The position numbers and the translations under genes were made by a program. This document shows positions 39,463 through 48,544 of a stretch of 64,000 nt of DNA, in pieces. Origin of the DNA: an uncultured Gammaproteobacteria bacterium (GTDB taxonomy: Bacteria; Patescibacteriota; Microgenomatia; Levybacterales; GWA1-39-11); assembly GCA_964448725.1 (NCBI GenBank), contig CAYVAJ010000004.1, forward strand, positions 17,535 to 81,534, read 5' to 3'. How positions within the stretch are numbered: position 1 is the stretch's first letter; every line of letters begins with the position of its first letter. The notes under the pieces are model-generated. The model did not search any database. It saw nothing but the letters and a program-made list of their open reading frames with translations, and had not been told where the DNA came from.

Positions 39463-40158
39463 TTATTTTCTTGCAATTACAAAACCAGAGACAGCTCTAA
39501 GCGGAAGATCTCGCTTTATTATTGTACCAATATAATCAGGTGGAATAGTAAAAGACTCACTGAAGCCAACATGAGTAGCATCAGTTGCTAATGCTTTTGT
39601 GGTCGTATGTTGTTTCATGCCATTATTAATTTTCCAAGGTATACGTTCAGGCGGAAAAATAGGCCATAATAAAATTCCGTTAGGACGTAGTACTCTAAGT
39701 GATTCAGATAGAAAATGATCAGAGTCAGTAATAAATCTATTTGCCCATACACTTGTAATCCCATCAAAACTATTATCATGAAATGGAAAGTCTTCATTCA
39801 TATCAGATAGCACAATATCTATCTCTTTTCCTTTTTCAGGAATAAGATTGAGTGATGGAAGACTTAAATCAGTGGATGTTACAGAATATCCAGAATCTAA
39901 AAGAGCTTTAGAAATAAGTCCAGTTCCAGCACCTATATCTAGAATGTTGGGTTTATTCCCATTTTCATCTACACTTGGACCATATTTTTTCATAAGATCA
40001 GCTACTTTTTGACCAAGTTTCTCTCTTCCATACTTTAAAACGTATGATTCGTACTCATGTGGATCAACATCATGCGCATAATTTCGGCTTAATGCCACAT
40101 TCTTTGCAACACGATATGTATCTCGTATAGCAGTAAATGATTTGATTCTTTCAGACAT
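39463..40158 (-). CDS. Class I SAM-dependent methyltransferase
   Basis: ILDIGAGTG, PFHDNSFD, RVLRPNG. Confidence 0.9.
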   Translation of the reverse strand: MSERIKSFTAIRDTYRVAKNVALSRNYAHDVDPHEYESYVLKYGREKLGQKVADLMKKYGPSVDENGNKPNILDIGAGTGLISKALLDSGYSVTSTDLSLPSLNLIPEKGKEIDIVLSDMNEDFPFHDNSFDGITSVWANRFITDSDHFLSESLRVLRPNGILLWPIFPPERIPWKINNGMKQHTTTKALATDATHVGFSESFTIPPDYIGTIIKRDLPLRAVSGFVIARK

Positions 40159-40265
40159 GGCTGGAATTATACCATTTTAAGTGAAATGTGGTTATACTGG
40201 GAAAAGTAAAAAGAGTGCGCTTTCGATCAATCAGGCAGTTTTCCAACTGGCGCACCCAACCTTAA

Positions 40266-40595
40266 TTATCGGAGATACAAGTTAACCTTCTGGAGTACCT
40301 TCATCCCAAGTTCTCTTTTCTCCTCAGGTAGAACTGAGAATAGTCCTGCTGCCATTCTCAGGAATGACTGAGGATCCTCGAGTCCTTTGTGATGTTGATC
40401 ACTGAGGATTGCAACCGATACTAGACAAAGAAGAATTTCCTCAAGTTCCTCTCTATCTTCATTCCTCAAATCAAAAGAAGAATGATGTGCTGCATTCGTG
40501 ACGAATTCTACAGGATTTATCTCGTCCACGTTTATCCTCCTAACAGTACTATCCAATAGTTTTGAGAGTATATTGAAAGAGAGTGAAAGTGTCAA
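40266..40595 (-). CDS. Hypothetical protein (start uncertain)
   Basis: ORF followed by a GC-rich hairpin; no motif recognised. Confidence 0.4.
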   Translation of the reverse strand: MTLSLSFNILSKLLDSTVRRINVDEINPVEFVTNAAHHSSFDLRNEDREELEEILLCLVSVAILSDQHHKGLEDPQSFLRMAAGLFSVLPEEKRELGMKVLQKVNLYLR

Positions 40596-40658
40596 GCTAT
40601 AAATCTATTTTTTAATTCACAATCTTTCTATCAGAGAACAGAGTAGTCTAAATAAAAT

Positions 40659-40682
40659 GGCGCTGAGGGATTCCCCAGCGCC
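40659..40682 (-). terminator. Intrinsic terminator
   Basis: GGCGCTG-GGGA/TCCC-CAGCGCC stem with T-run on the minus strand. Confidence 0.65.
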
Positions 40683-40692
40683 CTGACGTTCT

Positions 40693-41079
40693 CTACTGCG
40701 AGCTACGAATATATCCGTACAAACGGTACGGATATCCGTTGCCGACATTAAGGCCTGACTGAATGTGGACTAAATTTAGTCCACTATCTTCGTAATACAC
40801 CTGCAGATATGCTTCCAATTCAGCAGCACTGTTAGGGGCGAATCCCTTTGTTTTAGCAGCTGACATTGAGCGTTTATTCTTATCATAGTCCCATTGAGCG
40901 AGACGGTCGGAGTAGTCATATTTTGCTTCTACGACCGTTTCCATAAAGTTTTCCCGCTTGAGACTATAACCTGGTGCTATGAAAATTGTCTGTGGCCTAT
41001 TAAAGACAGTCCGCGAGAAGTGTGGGTTAAGCAAGTTAGTATCCAGTGACTTTAACTTGTCAGTTTCCACGTGGATCAC
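40693..41079 (-). CDS. Hypothetical protein
   Basis: RBS AGGAGG; upstream TGGACT-N17-TATAAT. Confidence 0.7.
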   Translation of the reverse strand: MIHVETDKLKSLDTNLLNPHFSRTVFNRPQTIFIAPGYSLKRENFMETVVEAKYDYSDRLAQWDYDKNKRSMSAAKTKGFAPNSAAELEAYLQVYYEDSGLNLVHIQSGLNVGNGYPYRLYGYIRSSQ

Positions 41080-41184
41080 ACAATCCTCCTTTTAGCGTAC
41101 GAACGACAATAGAAAGAATTATACTATGATAAAAAAAGAAAGTCCATACTATAAGTTTATTATTTAACAATTAAATTAACTCAC

Positions 41185-41311
41185 GAAAAAAGCACCTTGG
41201 GGTATATGAGAGGATATATCCTAAGTCACTTTTTTCGTCCTGCTCATGCAGGAGTAGTGCCATAGGCAAATTTTTCTCTATTGTTACCTTACGGTGCTTA
41301 TGTATTGCAGC
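41185..41311 (-). ncRNA. Putative structured RNA element, copy 2
   Basis: Paralogous to 37001-37140; starts immediately after the upstream stop codon. Confidence 0.55.
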
Positions 41312-41833
41312 TTATGTACCTTGGTACCAGTCGATCTCTGAGCCGTTCCAGTGTCCTACAAAGAATAGACCACTAGGAGCGCAATCCCAAAGCATACAGC
41401 CTACCGCGAGATGGTCATCAACCACTGTGAACTTATAGTCCTTAGCCACAACGCTTTGAGCGTCATATAGAGCTACAGGCTCACCAGGGATAATACCACT
41501 TCCGCAGAGACAACAACGGATACTCTCACGTTTCAGCTCTTCCAGGCTGCAATCTGGGCAGAGACGATCAGCTTTTTTCGGATTTGGCAGTAGTGTCCTT
41601 CCGTATATCCGAATTTTGAATGCTCCTGGTCCTCGGTGTCCGCATTTGTATCTTCGCGTCTTTCTTAGACCCAAGAAACCAATCTTGGATGGAATTTCCA
41701 TCCAATCCACAATACTCGGATCCTGATCCATCACGATTGGTTCTCTTTCAGAACCGCCCTTCGCAAAGACAGTCAAGCCATCAAGCGTTGGGTCTTCAGT
41801 GACAAGTACTTGCTCATCACGCCTATTCGCCAT
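41312..41833 (-). CDS. Hypothetical Cys-rich protein
   Basis: RBS AAGGAG before ATG 41833; CGH, CPDC, CCLC, CxxxxC. Confidence 0.7.
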   Translation of the reverse strand: MANRRDEQVLVTEDPTLDGLTVFAKGGSEREPIVMDQDPSIVDWMEIPSKIGFLGLRKTRRYKCGHRGPGAFKIRIYGRTLLPNPKKADRLCPDCSLEELKRESIRCCLCGSGIIPGEPVALYDAQSVVAKDYKFTVVDDHLAVGCMLWDCAPSGLFFVGHWNGSEIDWYQGT

Positions 41834-41921
41834 GTCACACTCCTTAATATGTATGGAAAACAAACAAACGCTACTAATGGAGGATTATATCAGATTGTAT
41901 TCTATATGAAACAATAAATTA

Positions 41922-41958
41922 CACCTTCCAGGTGGTTTAGGTTCACACCTCTTCTTTA
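41922..41958 (+). repeat. 37-bp direct repeat, left copy
   Basis: CACCTTCCAGGTGGTTTAGGTTCACACCTCTTCTTTA, identical to 45646-45682. Confidence 0.9.
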
Positions 41959-42046
41959 ATGATATTAGTAACTATTGATAAATATATTTTAATCTGTAAG
42001 TTTCCTGAGAATTAAAATCAGTAGTGGTTAATCAATTACACACACA

Positions 42047-42628
42047 TTATTGTATTCTCATTTCACTATCATATGGTTTAAAAAAACTGCTTATTTCTGA
42101 ATACTCGGTCATATCTGAATTTAAATATTCTTTTTCTTCATCTCTATCTAGTATTGCTATGCCTCTATTATGAATAGCTTTCATGTAATTACCTGCAGGA
42201 GTGGTAATCATGGTATAGGTAGGAATTTCATCACCATTTTCACCTTTAAAGTATTTATATAAACCTGCAACACTGAAAATTTTACGGTCAGGGAGGGTTA
42301 TTTCAACTCGCTTTTTCTTCCCATCATCCTCTGTTTTATATTCAAAAAATGAGGTAAGCGGGATCAAACATCTTTGTGCAAGTACTTCTCTGAATGATGC
42401 TTTTTCATCGAGGGTTTCTGATTTGGCATTAAATAATTTATGTTTGTTTTTGCCTTGAACCCAAGGTGCAATAAATCCCCATTTCATCAGTTCAATCCCA
42501 TTTTCAGTGACTACCGGTGCTTCATATCCTGGATATACATCATACGATTCTTTTAGGTCGAAATTAGCCCTCATATCATAGTATTGTTCAATGTCTTTTC
42601 CTTTAGAGAAGTTATAGTGTGCACACAT
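42047..42628 (-). CDS. SOS response-associated peptidase (SRAP/YedK family)
   Basis: N-terminal Cys2; MKWGFI, FNAKSET, RCLIP...FFEY, MITT, IHNR. Confidence 0.92.
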   Translation of the reverse strand: MCAHYNFSKGKDIEQYYDMRANFDLKESYDVYPGYEAPVVTENGIELMKWGFIAPWVQGKNKHKLFNAKSETLDEKASFREVLAQRCLIPLTSFFEYKTEDDGKKKRVEITLPDRKIFSVAGLYKYFKGENGDEIPTYTMITTPAGNYMKAIHNRGIAILDRDEEKEYLNSDMTEYSEISSFFKPYDSEMRIQ

Positions 42629-42673
42629 ATATAAATTATATCATCAATCTGATAGTAATTTTGATCTAGTATG

Positions 42674-42710
42674 TTCGACTAATGTTCTATTTACTTTCGT
42701 ATATATTTCA
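42674..42710 (+). promoter_or_regulatory. Candidate LexA operator: four TTC(G/T/A) half-sites spaced 11 bp
   Basis: TTCG 42674, TTCT 42685, TTCG 42696, TTCA 42707, between the divergent SRAP and polymerase genes. Confidence 0.55.
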
Positions 42711-42752
42711 TATAGTCTTATTACACTGTCCTGAGATATTTATCGTAGAAGT

Positions 42753-43007
42753 ATGACTATACAGTTAAATGAGAAAGTAAAAGTAATTACTTTGTATGAT
42801 CCGATTAATAATCAGAATAGACCGATATATGTACACTGGCGATACAAGCGTCATACTATCTCTCAAGTAGGATACCACCATAAAGTACGGTATGGTCGAA
42901 CCATGATGCACATATATCATGTGAACACAGAATCAGTTTCATTTCGACTACGATTCGATACAGAAACACTGGATTGGATTTTAGAATCAGTATATGTATC
43001 AGATTGA
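42753..43007 (+). CDS. Small DUF6504-like protein coupled to a Y-family polymerase
   Basis: P..V.WR...H.I..V...FRLRFD...LDW.LE pattern; overlaps the polymerase start. Confidence 0.65.
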   Translation: MTIQLNEKVKVITLYDPINNQNRPIYVHWRYKRHTISQVGYHHKVRYGRTMMHIYHVNTESVSFRLRFDTETLDWILESVYVSD

Positions 43008-44379
43008 ATATAATAAAGATCTTCCCACGATCATGCATATTGACATGAATAGTTGTTTTGCGACTGCAGAACAGCAAGCAAATCCTTTTCTTCGTGGGAG
43101 ACCAGTCGGTGTTGCAGCATATACAGGTGAGAATGGATGCGTTATATCTCCTTCATATGAGGCAAAGAAATTTGGCGTAAAAGTAGGATTTCGTGTAAAG
43201 GATGCCAAAATGTTATGCCCTGAAATTGAAATAATTCCTCCTGATCCACCGAAGTATCGTGATGTACATCAACGATTCTCCCGTATATTTAAGCAATATG
43301 CTCCAATTGTCATTCCAAAGAGTATAGATGAAGCTGTATTGGATTTTAAAGGTACTGAGGTATTAATTAAAGAAATTCCAGGATTGATTGAAGTTGGCAA
43401 AGAGATTAAATATCGAATCAGAAAAGAGATTGGAGAGTGGGTAACGTGCAATATTGGTATTTCCACAAACATGTTTCTTGCTAAAACAGCTGCATCTCTA
43501 CATAAGCCAGATGGACTTGATGTAATTACACATGAGAACTTACGTGAGGTATTTTCAACATTAAAATTAACAGATTTATGTGGTATAGCTGATCGTAATG
43601 CAATCAGGTTAAAACTCGCAGGAATTAAAACCCCGCTTGAGTTTCTTGATGCAGATTATTGGAAGTTACGAAATGAAGTATTTCAGAGCATAGTGGGTCA
43701 TTATTGGTTTGCAAAATTAAGAGGATGGGAGGCTGATAAGTATGAACATAGGAGGAAAACATTTGGACAGTCATTTGCACTTCATGAGTGGACAGGTGAT
43801 ATAGAAGTACTGAAACCATTAATGATGAAGTTATGCGAGAAAATGGGTAGACGAGTTAGAAAAAACAAATACTACGCACAAGGAATTCATGTGGGCTGTC
43901 TGTACTCCAATGGAAAATATTGGCATATTGGTAGAAAATCATCAATGAAGCTTTATACCACACAAGAATTTTATGAACGAGCTGTCTGGCATCTCTCATC
44001 TGTAAAACACCAGCCAGTTACGCATCTTATGGTTAACTGTTATAACCTTATGGAGTTAGATAACAACTTTCAAGAAGAGTTATATGATAAGAACAGATTA
44101 AAGTGCTGGGAACTAAGTCGTGCACTTGATTTGATAAATGATAGGTATGGTGAATATGTTGCGTACCCAGCACGAATGATGGGATTAGCTGATTCCATCA
44201 TTGATAGAATCCCATTTGGGGGACTAGGAGTTGCAGAACTAGAAGAAATGTACGAAATCGAATCTGGTTATTCCTTGGAGTCAGAAGAACTACCTAGAGA
44301 CTTACATGAAATATATGTCCGAGATGCAATGAATGGAGTACTAGGAAGTATGTATAACAATAATCATTCAAGACTATGA
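42994..44379 (+). CDS. dinB: Y-family DNA polymerase (DinB/UvrX-like)
   Basis: HIDMNSCFA, SYEAKKFGV, SIDEA, FLAKTA...KPDG. Confidence 0.93.
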   Translation: MYQIEYNKDLPTIMHIDMNSCFATAEQQANPFLRGRPVGVAAYTGENGCVISPSYEAKKFGVKVGFRVKDAKMLCPEIEIIPPDPPKYRDVHQRFSRIFKQYAPIVIPKSIDEAVLDFKGTEVLIKEIPGLIEVGKEIKYRIRKEIGEWVTCNIGISTNMFLAKTAASLHKPDGLDVITHENLREVFSTLKLTDLCGIADRNAIRLKLAGIKTPLEFLDADYWKLRNEVFQSIVGHYWFAKLRGWEADKYEHRRKTFGQSFALHEWTGDIEVLKPLMMKLCEKMGRRVRKNKYYAQGIHVGCLYSNGKYWHIGRKSSMKLYTTQEFYERAVWHLSSVKHQPVTHLMVNCYNLMELDNNFQEELYDKNRLKCWELSRALDLINDRYGEYVAYPARMMGLADSIIDRIPFGGLGVAELEEMYEIESGYSLESEELPRDLHEIYVRDAMNGVLGSMYNNNHSRL

Positions 44380-44460
44380 TCCGTATTGGAACACCTATTC
44401 AAATTTATCTATGAAATTATACCGAGCTCTCAACCGATATAATGTTCAGGTTTCTGCATA

Positions 44461-45609
44461 TTACTGAGAATTAAGTACTTGGACAGGATAATCTGAAGAA
44501 TTACATCCAGCAGCGATTAATCCAGCACCTTCTTGAATAGCGTGACTATTACCAAATCCAATAAATAAGTCATATCCCTCATTAACTCTTGTGACAATTT
44601 GATCAAGTATGTATCTATCTCTATTGTCACTTAACTTTGCAGAAAGATAATTCAACATCCCCTTAGGATTATCAGGATTATTAACAAATGGATTGACTAA
44701 AGGTTGATAATGCTTCTCTAAATCATATTCAGAGACATATAGAGGATTACCTTGTTCATCAACTCCATTTTGAACTAATAGTTGAATTCCTTCTTCACCT
44801 GTAACTTCATTTTTTATGAACTTTGAATTGTCTTTCAAATGAGTATTTAATTGAGGGAGCATTTTATCAATATACTGCTGAATTCTTGATCTACCTTCTG
44901 ATGTGTTGAATGATCCTAGTTTCTTTATTTCTTCAAGTTCACTCTGAGCAAAATCTTTTTCCCAATCTGTATAGACTAGGGATAAATTTAATAATAAATC
45001 AGCAACTTCTTGTTGAGTAAAGTGTTGCTCATGACGTAATTCTTTGTCACGTAAGGCAGAGTGCAAATTTCTGAAGGCAAAGTTTAATGCAATCGTAAGG
45101 TTGGGGATGCCTTGCTCCTTCATAAACGTAACTGTTTCTTCGTAGGGAATATCAGGAGACATTACATCTATTCCAGCTTCTTTTGCATACCAAGTAATTG
45201 CACCCATTTCACCACCTCGTTGAACTGCTTCCTCAAAAGTAGCATATTCGTTAGTAATGATACCTGGTTTGCTACCTTCAATTAAAACTAATCTTTTTTG
45301 AGAATCAGTGGTTGCACCATTAAACTCATCAAAAGCAGTTTTTAACCCAGTAGTTTGAGTATGATTTTGTTCCGAAGTAAGGTTATGGGGATGAATTGTA
45401 CCTGAATAGTGAATTATCCGCTCATTGGGAGATTTATATCTAAAAACCATCGGCAAATCTTTACCCTCCATTGCTTTATAAACTCTATCTATTGCAAGAT
45501 CGCCCATTTTAAGCATACCTTCTTGAGCTTTTTCTGGGGAAAGTTGTTTAGTATCCATTTCTTTGGATAAGTCAATTCCTAATTCTGCTGCAGAAGGATT
45601 ATTATCCAT
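44461..45609 (-). CDS. Hypothetical protein
   Basis: 382-aa ORF; C-terminal RD...GNSH weakly recalls the TraB/ChaN-like fold. Confidence 0.7.
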   Translation of the reverse strand: MDNNPSAAELGIDLSKEMDTKQLSPEKAQEGMLKMGDLAIDRVYKAMEGKDLPMVFRYKSPNERIIHYSGTIHPHNLTSEQNHTQTTGLKTAFDEFNGATTDSQKRLVLIEGSKPGIITNEYATFEEAVQRGGEMGAITWYAKEAGIDVMSPDIPYEETVTFMKEQGIPNLTIALNFAFRNLHSALRDKELRHEQHFTQQEVADLLLNLSLVYTDWEKDFAQSELEEIKKLGSFNTSEGRSRIQQYIDKMLPQLNTHLKDNSKFIKNEVTGEEGIQLLVQNGVDEQGNPLYVSEYDLEKHYQPLVNPFVNNPDNPKGMLNYLSAKLSDNRDRYILDQIVTRVNEGYDLFIGFGNSHAIQEGAGLIAAGCNSSDYPVQVLNSQ

Positions 45610-45645
45610 AGTTCTAGTATATCAGAACAAAAGGGTTAATTATTC

Positions 45646-45682
45646 CACCTTCCAGGTGGTTTAGGTTCACACCTCTTCTTTA
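45646..45682 (+). repeat. 37-bp direct repeat, right copy
   Basis: Identical to 41922-41958; 40 bp from the tRNA-Lys 3' end. Confidence 0.9.
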
Positions 45683-45722
45683 GATGGTTTTTAGTAACAT
45701 TTGAATGGAGTATGTAGAAGTG

Positions 45723-45795
45723 TGAGCCGACTGGGACTCGAACCCAGAACCAAAAGCTTAAAAGGCTTTTGCTCTACCGATTGAGCTATCGGCCC
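45723..45795 (-). tRNA. tRNA-Lys(TTT), CCA not encoded
   Basis: GGGCCGA/TCGGCTC acceptor; AAAGC-CTTTTAA-GCTTT; CTGGG-TTCGAGT-CCCAG. Confidence 0.96.
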
Positions 45796-45838
45796 GCCCG
45801 CCATGCAAGACGAGCTTGCGAGGCGTTGCGGGCAGGCC
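45791..45838. repeat. GC-rich palindromic mini-element between the GIY-YIG gene and tRNA-Lys
   Basis: GGCCCGCCCGC...GCGGGCAGGCC arms with an inner GCAAG/CTTGC hairpin. Confidence 0.75.
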
Positions 45839-45841
45839 CGG

Positions 45842-46105
45842 TTACCTCTTTACAAGTACGTCTACATTTCCGATGCGAGATTTTAAGTATCGACGTCCAA
45901 ATCCTGTTTTGAAATAGTGTTCACGCTGTATAGCGCTTTCAAGGCTTAAACAAGCTTCATAGTACACCAGTTTCAATGGACGTCTATGTTTAGTTGATTC
46001 AACTAAACCATCGGTATGTTTCTTGAATCTTTTCCTTAAGTTATCGGAATGTCCTATGTAAAATCTTGTGTCTTTAAGACTGAACAATACATATGTATAG
46101 AACAT
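45842..46105 (-). CDS. Stand-alone GIY-YIG nuclease family protein
   Basis: FYTYVL.S....FYIG...NLRKR...H, STKHRRP..LVYYE, A..RE..FK.G.GR. Confidence 0.9.
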   Translation of the reverse strand: MFYTYVLFSLKDTRFYIGHSDNLRKRFKKHTDGLVESTKHRRPLKLVYYEACLSLESAIQREHYFKTGFGRRYLKSRIGNVDVLVKR

Positions 46106-46245
46106 ATAAGATTCAATAATCCATATTTTACCAGACTTACGCACAGTAAATCAATTCAAATGTATGAAACAGGTAAAATATCTTGACTTGCTATATATTC
46201 TTGCGTAATCTTAAATTAACAATTGATGAAAGGAGGTGAAAAATT

Positions 46246-46902
46246 ATGGATAATGTAAATACTTTGTTGACGAGTACTGCCAATAGTGTACTTTTTTCCA
46301 TTGCTAATTTTATTCCTCGTTTTGTATCCGGATTAATTGTACTTCTTATTGGTATTATTCTTGCAACATTTTTAAAGCAAGTATTGCTTGAGCTTTTTAA
46401 ATTTATAAAGCTTGATCAAATGCTAAAGCGGTATGGAATTCCTGAGACAAAAGAAGGAATTGACTGGCCAAATATTCTCTCTGAGCTTGTACGATGGTTT
46501 GTAATCGTATTATTCTTAGTACCGGCAGCAGATGTATGGGGATTAGGACGTTTTACCGAGATATTAAATAATCTCTTGTTATATCTCCCTAATGTCTTTA
46601 TTGCGGTATTGTTACTGCTTGTTGGCTTTGCAATATCGAAATTAGTATATGATTTGCTTCGAGCATCAATTCATGGTCTGTCACCTGAAGCATCAAAATC
46701 AGTAGCAATAGTTGGTCGATGGTCAGTGCTTGTTTTTGTATTCCTAATTGCACTTAACCAACTCGGAATTGCAAGCGATTTGATCAGAATTCTCTTTACA
46801 GGAATAGTTGCAATGCTGGCAATTGCTGGTGGGCTTGCTTTTGGACTGGGTGGACAAGAAACTGCTCGTGAAATTTTAAATAAAATTAGAAAGAAGTTGT
46901 AA
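46246..46902 (+). CDS. Mechanosensitive channel TM-repeat (CmpX-like) membrane protein
   Basis: Repeated PRFV/PNVF TM motif; AIAGGLAFGLGG. Confidence 0.85.
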   Translation: MDNVNTLLTSTANSVLFSIANFIPRFVSGLIVLLIGIILATFLKQVLLELFKFIKLDQMLKRYGIPETKEGIDWPNILSELVRWFVIVLFLVPAADVWGLGRFTEILNNLLLYLPNVFIAVLLLLVGFAISKLVYDLLRASIHGLSPEASKSVAIVGRWSVLVFVFLIALNQLGIASDLIRILFTGIVAMLAIAGGLAFGLGGQETAREILNKIRKKL

Positions 46903-46994
46903 GGAGAGAAGAAGCGTAATTAGATTGCAGTCTGGGGTAAAATCCAGTATAATTATTGTGTGCGAAATGGCCAGTAGTGCCACCTTACATAAGT

Positions 46995-47068
46995 GGCCCC
47001 ATCGTCTAGTGGCCTAGGACGTCGGGCTTTCATCCCGAAAATCGCGGGTTCGACTCCCGCTGGGGTCA
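46995..47068 (+). tRNA. tRNA-Glu(TTC), CCA not encoded
   Basis: GGCCCCA/TGGGGTC; TCGGG-CTTTCAT-CCCGA; GCGGG-TTCGACT-CCCGC. Confidence 0.96.
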
Positions 47069-47111
47069 CACTTCAGCAAGATAGTATATTGAATTTGGAC
47101 CCTATAGTAAT

Positions 47112-47140
47112 TTGACAAACGTTTAATATTCCTGTATACT
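47112..47140 (+). promoter_or_regulatory. Near-consensus sigma70 promoter of the DEAD-box helicase
   Basis: TTGACA-N17-TATACT. Confidence 0.7.
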
Positions 47141-47272
47141 GAGTTTCGATTTAGATTAGAGCTTCAGTTATTCTTCCTTTTCAGGCAATAAATATTCTTG
47201 ATAGCTCGCTGATTGCGGTATCAGGCAATATGTATCTGCCATACATTTTTCAGTTTTTCTATTTCACACATT

Positions 47273-48496
47273 ATGTACAACAATAGATTTCGTAAATCGT
47301 CACGTGGTCGTGGGAGAAAAGCATTGAACAGACCAGATAATACCTATGGAAATAGGTTCTCTCAACCTGTCAGAAAAGCTCGAAAAATAACCAAGCTCGA
47401 TCATAATTTATTCATTAATCAGGCTGTAACAAACAACACTCCACTGCAAGTACAGGAAATAAAACATGTCTTTAATGATTTTGCAGTATGCGCTGAATTG
47501 AAAGGTAATATTGCTGCTAAAGGCTTTACTACGCCAACTCCTATACAAGATCAGGCAATTCCTGAAATATTAAAAGGTAGAGATGTAATCGGTATTGCAA
47601 ATACTGGAACTGGAAAAACTGCTGCATTTTTAATTCCTATCATTGACAAGATTTATAAAAACAAACAGGAGAAAGTGCTAATCGTAGCTCCGACACGTGA
47701 ACTTGCAATGCAAATTAACGAAGAATTCCGAGCATTTTCAAAAGGAATGCATATTTACTCAGCCCTAACTATTGGGGGAGCAAGTTTGAATCGACAGGTA
47801 CAAGAGCTGCGTCGTGGAGTACATGTGGTAATCGGCACTCCTGGACGACTCAAAGACTTGATTGGTAACCGTGCACTTGATCTTTCCCGATACCGTACTG
47901 TAATACTCGATGAAGTAGACCGGATGGTAGATATTGGGTTTATTAAAGATATTCAGTACTTAATTTCACTGATGCCAAAAGCACGTCATTCACTCTTTTT
48001 CTCAGCAACAATAACCGATAAAGTTGATGAAATATTACAGCAATTTGTCACAAATGCAGTGACAGTCTCAGTCAAGACAACCAGTACTGCTGAAACAGTT
48101 GAGCAGGATATTGTAAGAATCACCGATGGAAAATCAAAAGTAGATATATTACATGATCTGCTAATTACTGAAGGATTTGATAAAGTGATGGTATTCGGAC
48201 GAACAAAGTGGGGAATTGAAAAATTGACAAGACAGTTAATTGAAAGAGGATTCAAAGCAGCGTCTATTCATGGGAATAAAACCCAAGGGCAACGTCAACG
48301 TGCACTTAACTCATTTAAGAAAAATGAAATCTCTATTTTACTTGCAACTGATGTGGCCTCACGCGGTATTGATGTTGATGATGTATCACACGTTATTAAC
48401 TATGACGCACCAGAGTCCTATGATGACTACGTACACCGTATTGGCCGCACAGGACGTGCGAACAAAAGAGGTAAAGCGTTAACGTTTGTAGACTAG
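47273..48496 (+). CDS. DEAD-box RNA helicase
   Basis: Q motif PTPIQ, TGTGKT, PTRELA, TPGRL, DEVD, SAT, RGID, HRIGRTGR. Confidence 0.96.
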   Translation: MYNNRFRKSSRGRGRKALNRPDNTYGNRFSQPVRKARKITKLDHNLFINQAVTNNTPLQVQEIKHVFNDFAVCAELKGNIAAKGFTTPTPIQDQAIPEILKGRDVIGIANTGTGKTAAFLIPIIDKIYKNKQEKVLIVAPTRELAMQINEEFRAFSKGMHIYSALTIGGASLNRQVQELRRGVHVVIGTPGRLKDLIGNRALDLSRYRTVILDEVDRMVDIGFIKDIQYLISLMPKARHSLFFSATITDKVDEILQQFVTNAVTVSVKTTSTAETVEQDIVRITDGKSKVDILHDLLITEGFDKVMVFGRTKWGIEKLTRQLIERGFKAASIHGNKTQGQRQRALNSFKKNEISILLATDVASRGIDVDDVSHVINYDAPESYDDYVHRIGRTGRANKRGKALTFVD

Positions 48497-48509
48497 CTTT
48501 TTCAAAAAA

Positions 48510-48544
48510 AAGCGTCTATTTAACGACAAATAGACGCTCTTTTC
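48510..48544 (+). terminator. Intrinsic terminator
   Basis: AGCGTCTATTT-loop-AAATAGACGCT followed by CTTTT. Confidence 0.7.

Noticed and set aside
41230-41255. Hammerhead ribozyme (CTGCATGAG...GGACGAAA on the minus strand)
   Set aside because: The core is not CUGAnGA, the bases form a simple hairpin, and copy 1 does not preserve it.
36577-45700. Prophage or integron
   Set aside because: No integrase, structural, terminase or intI gene and no clear attC sites.
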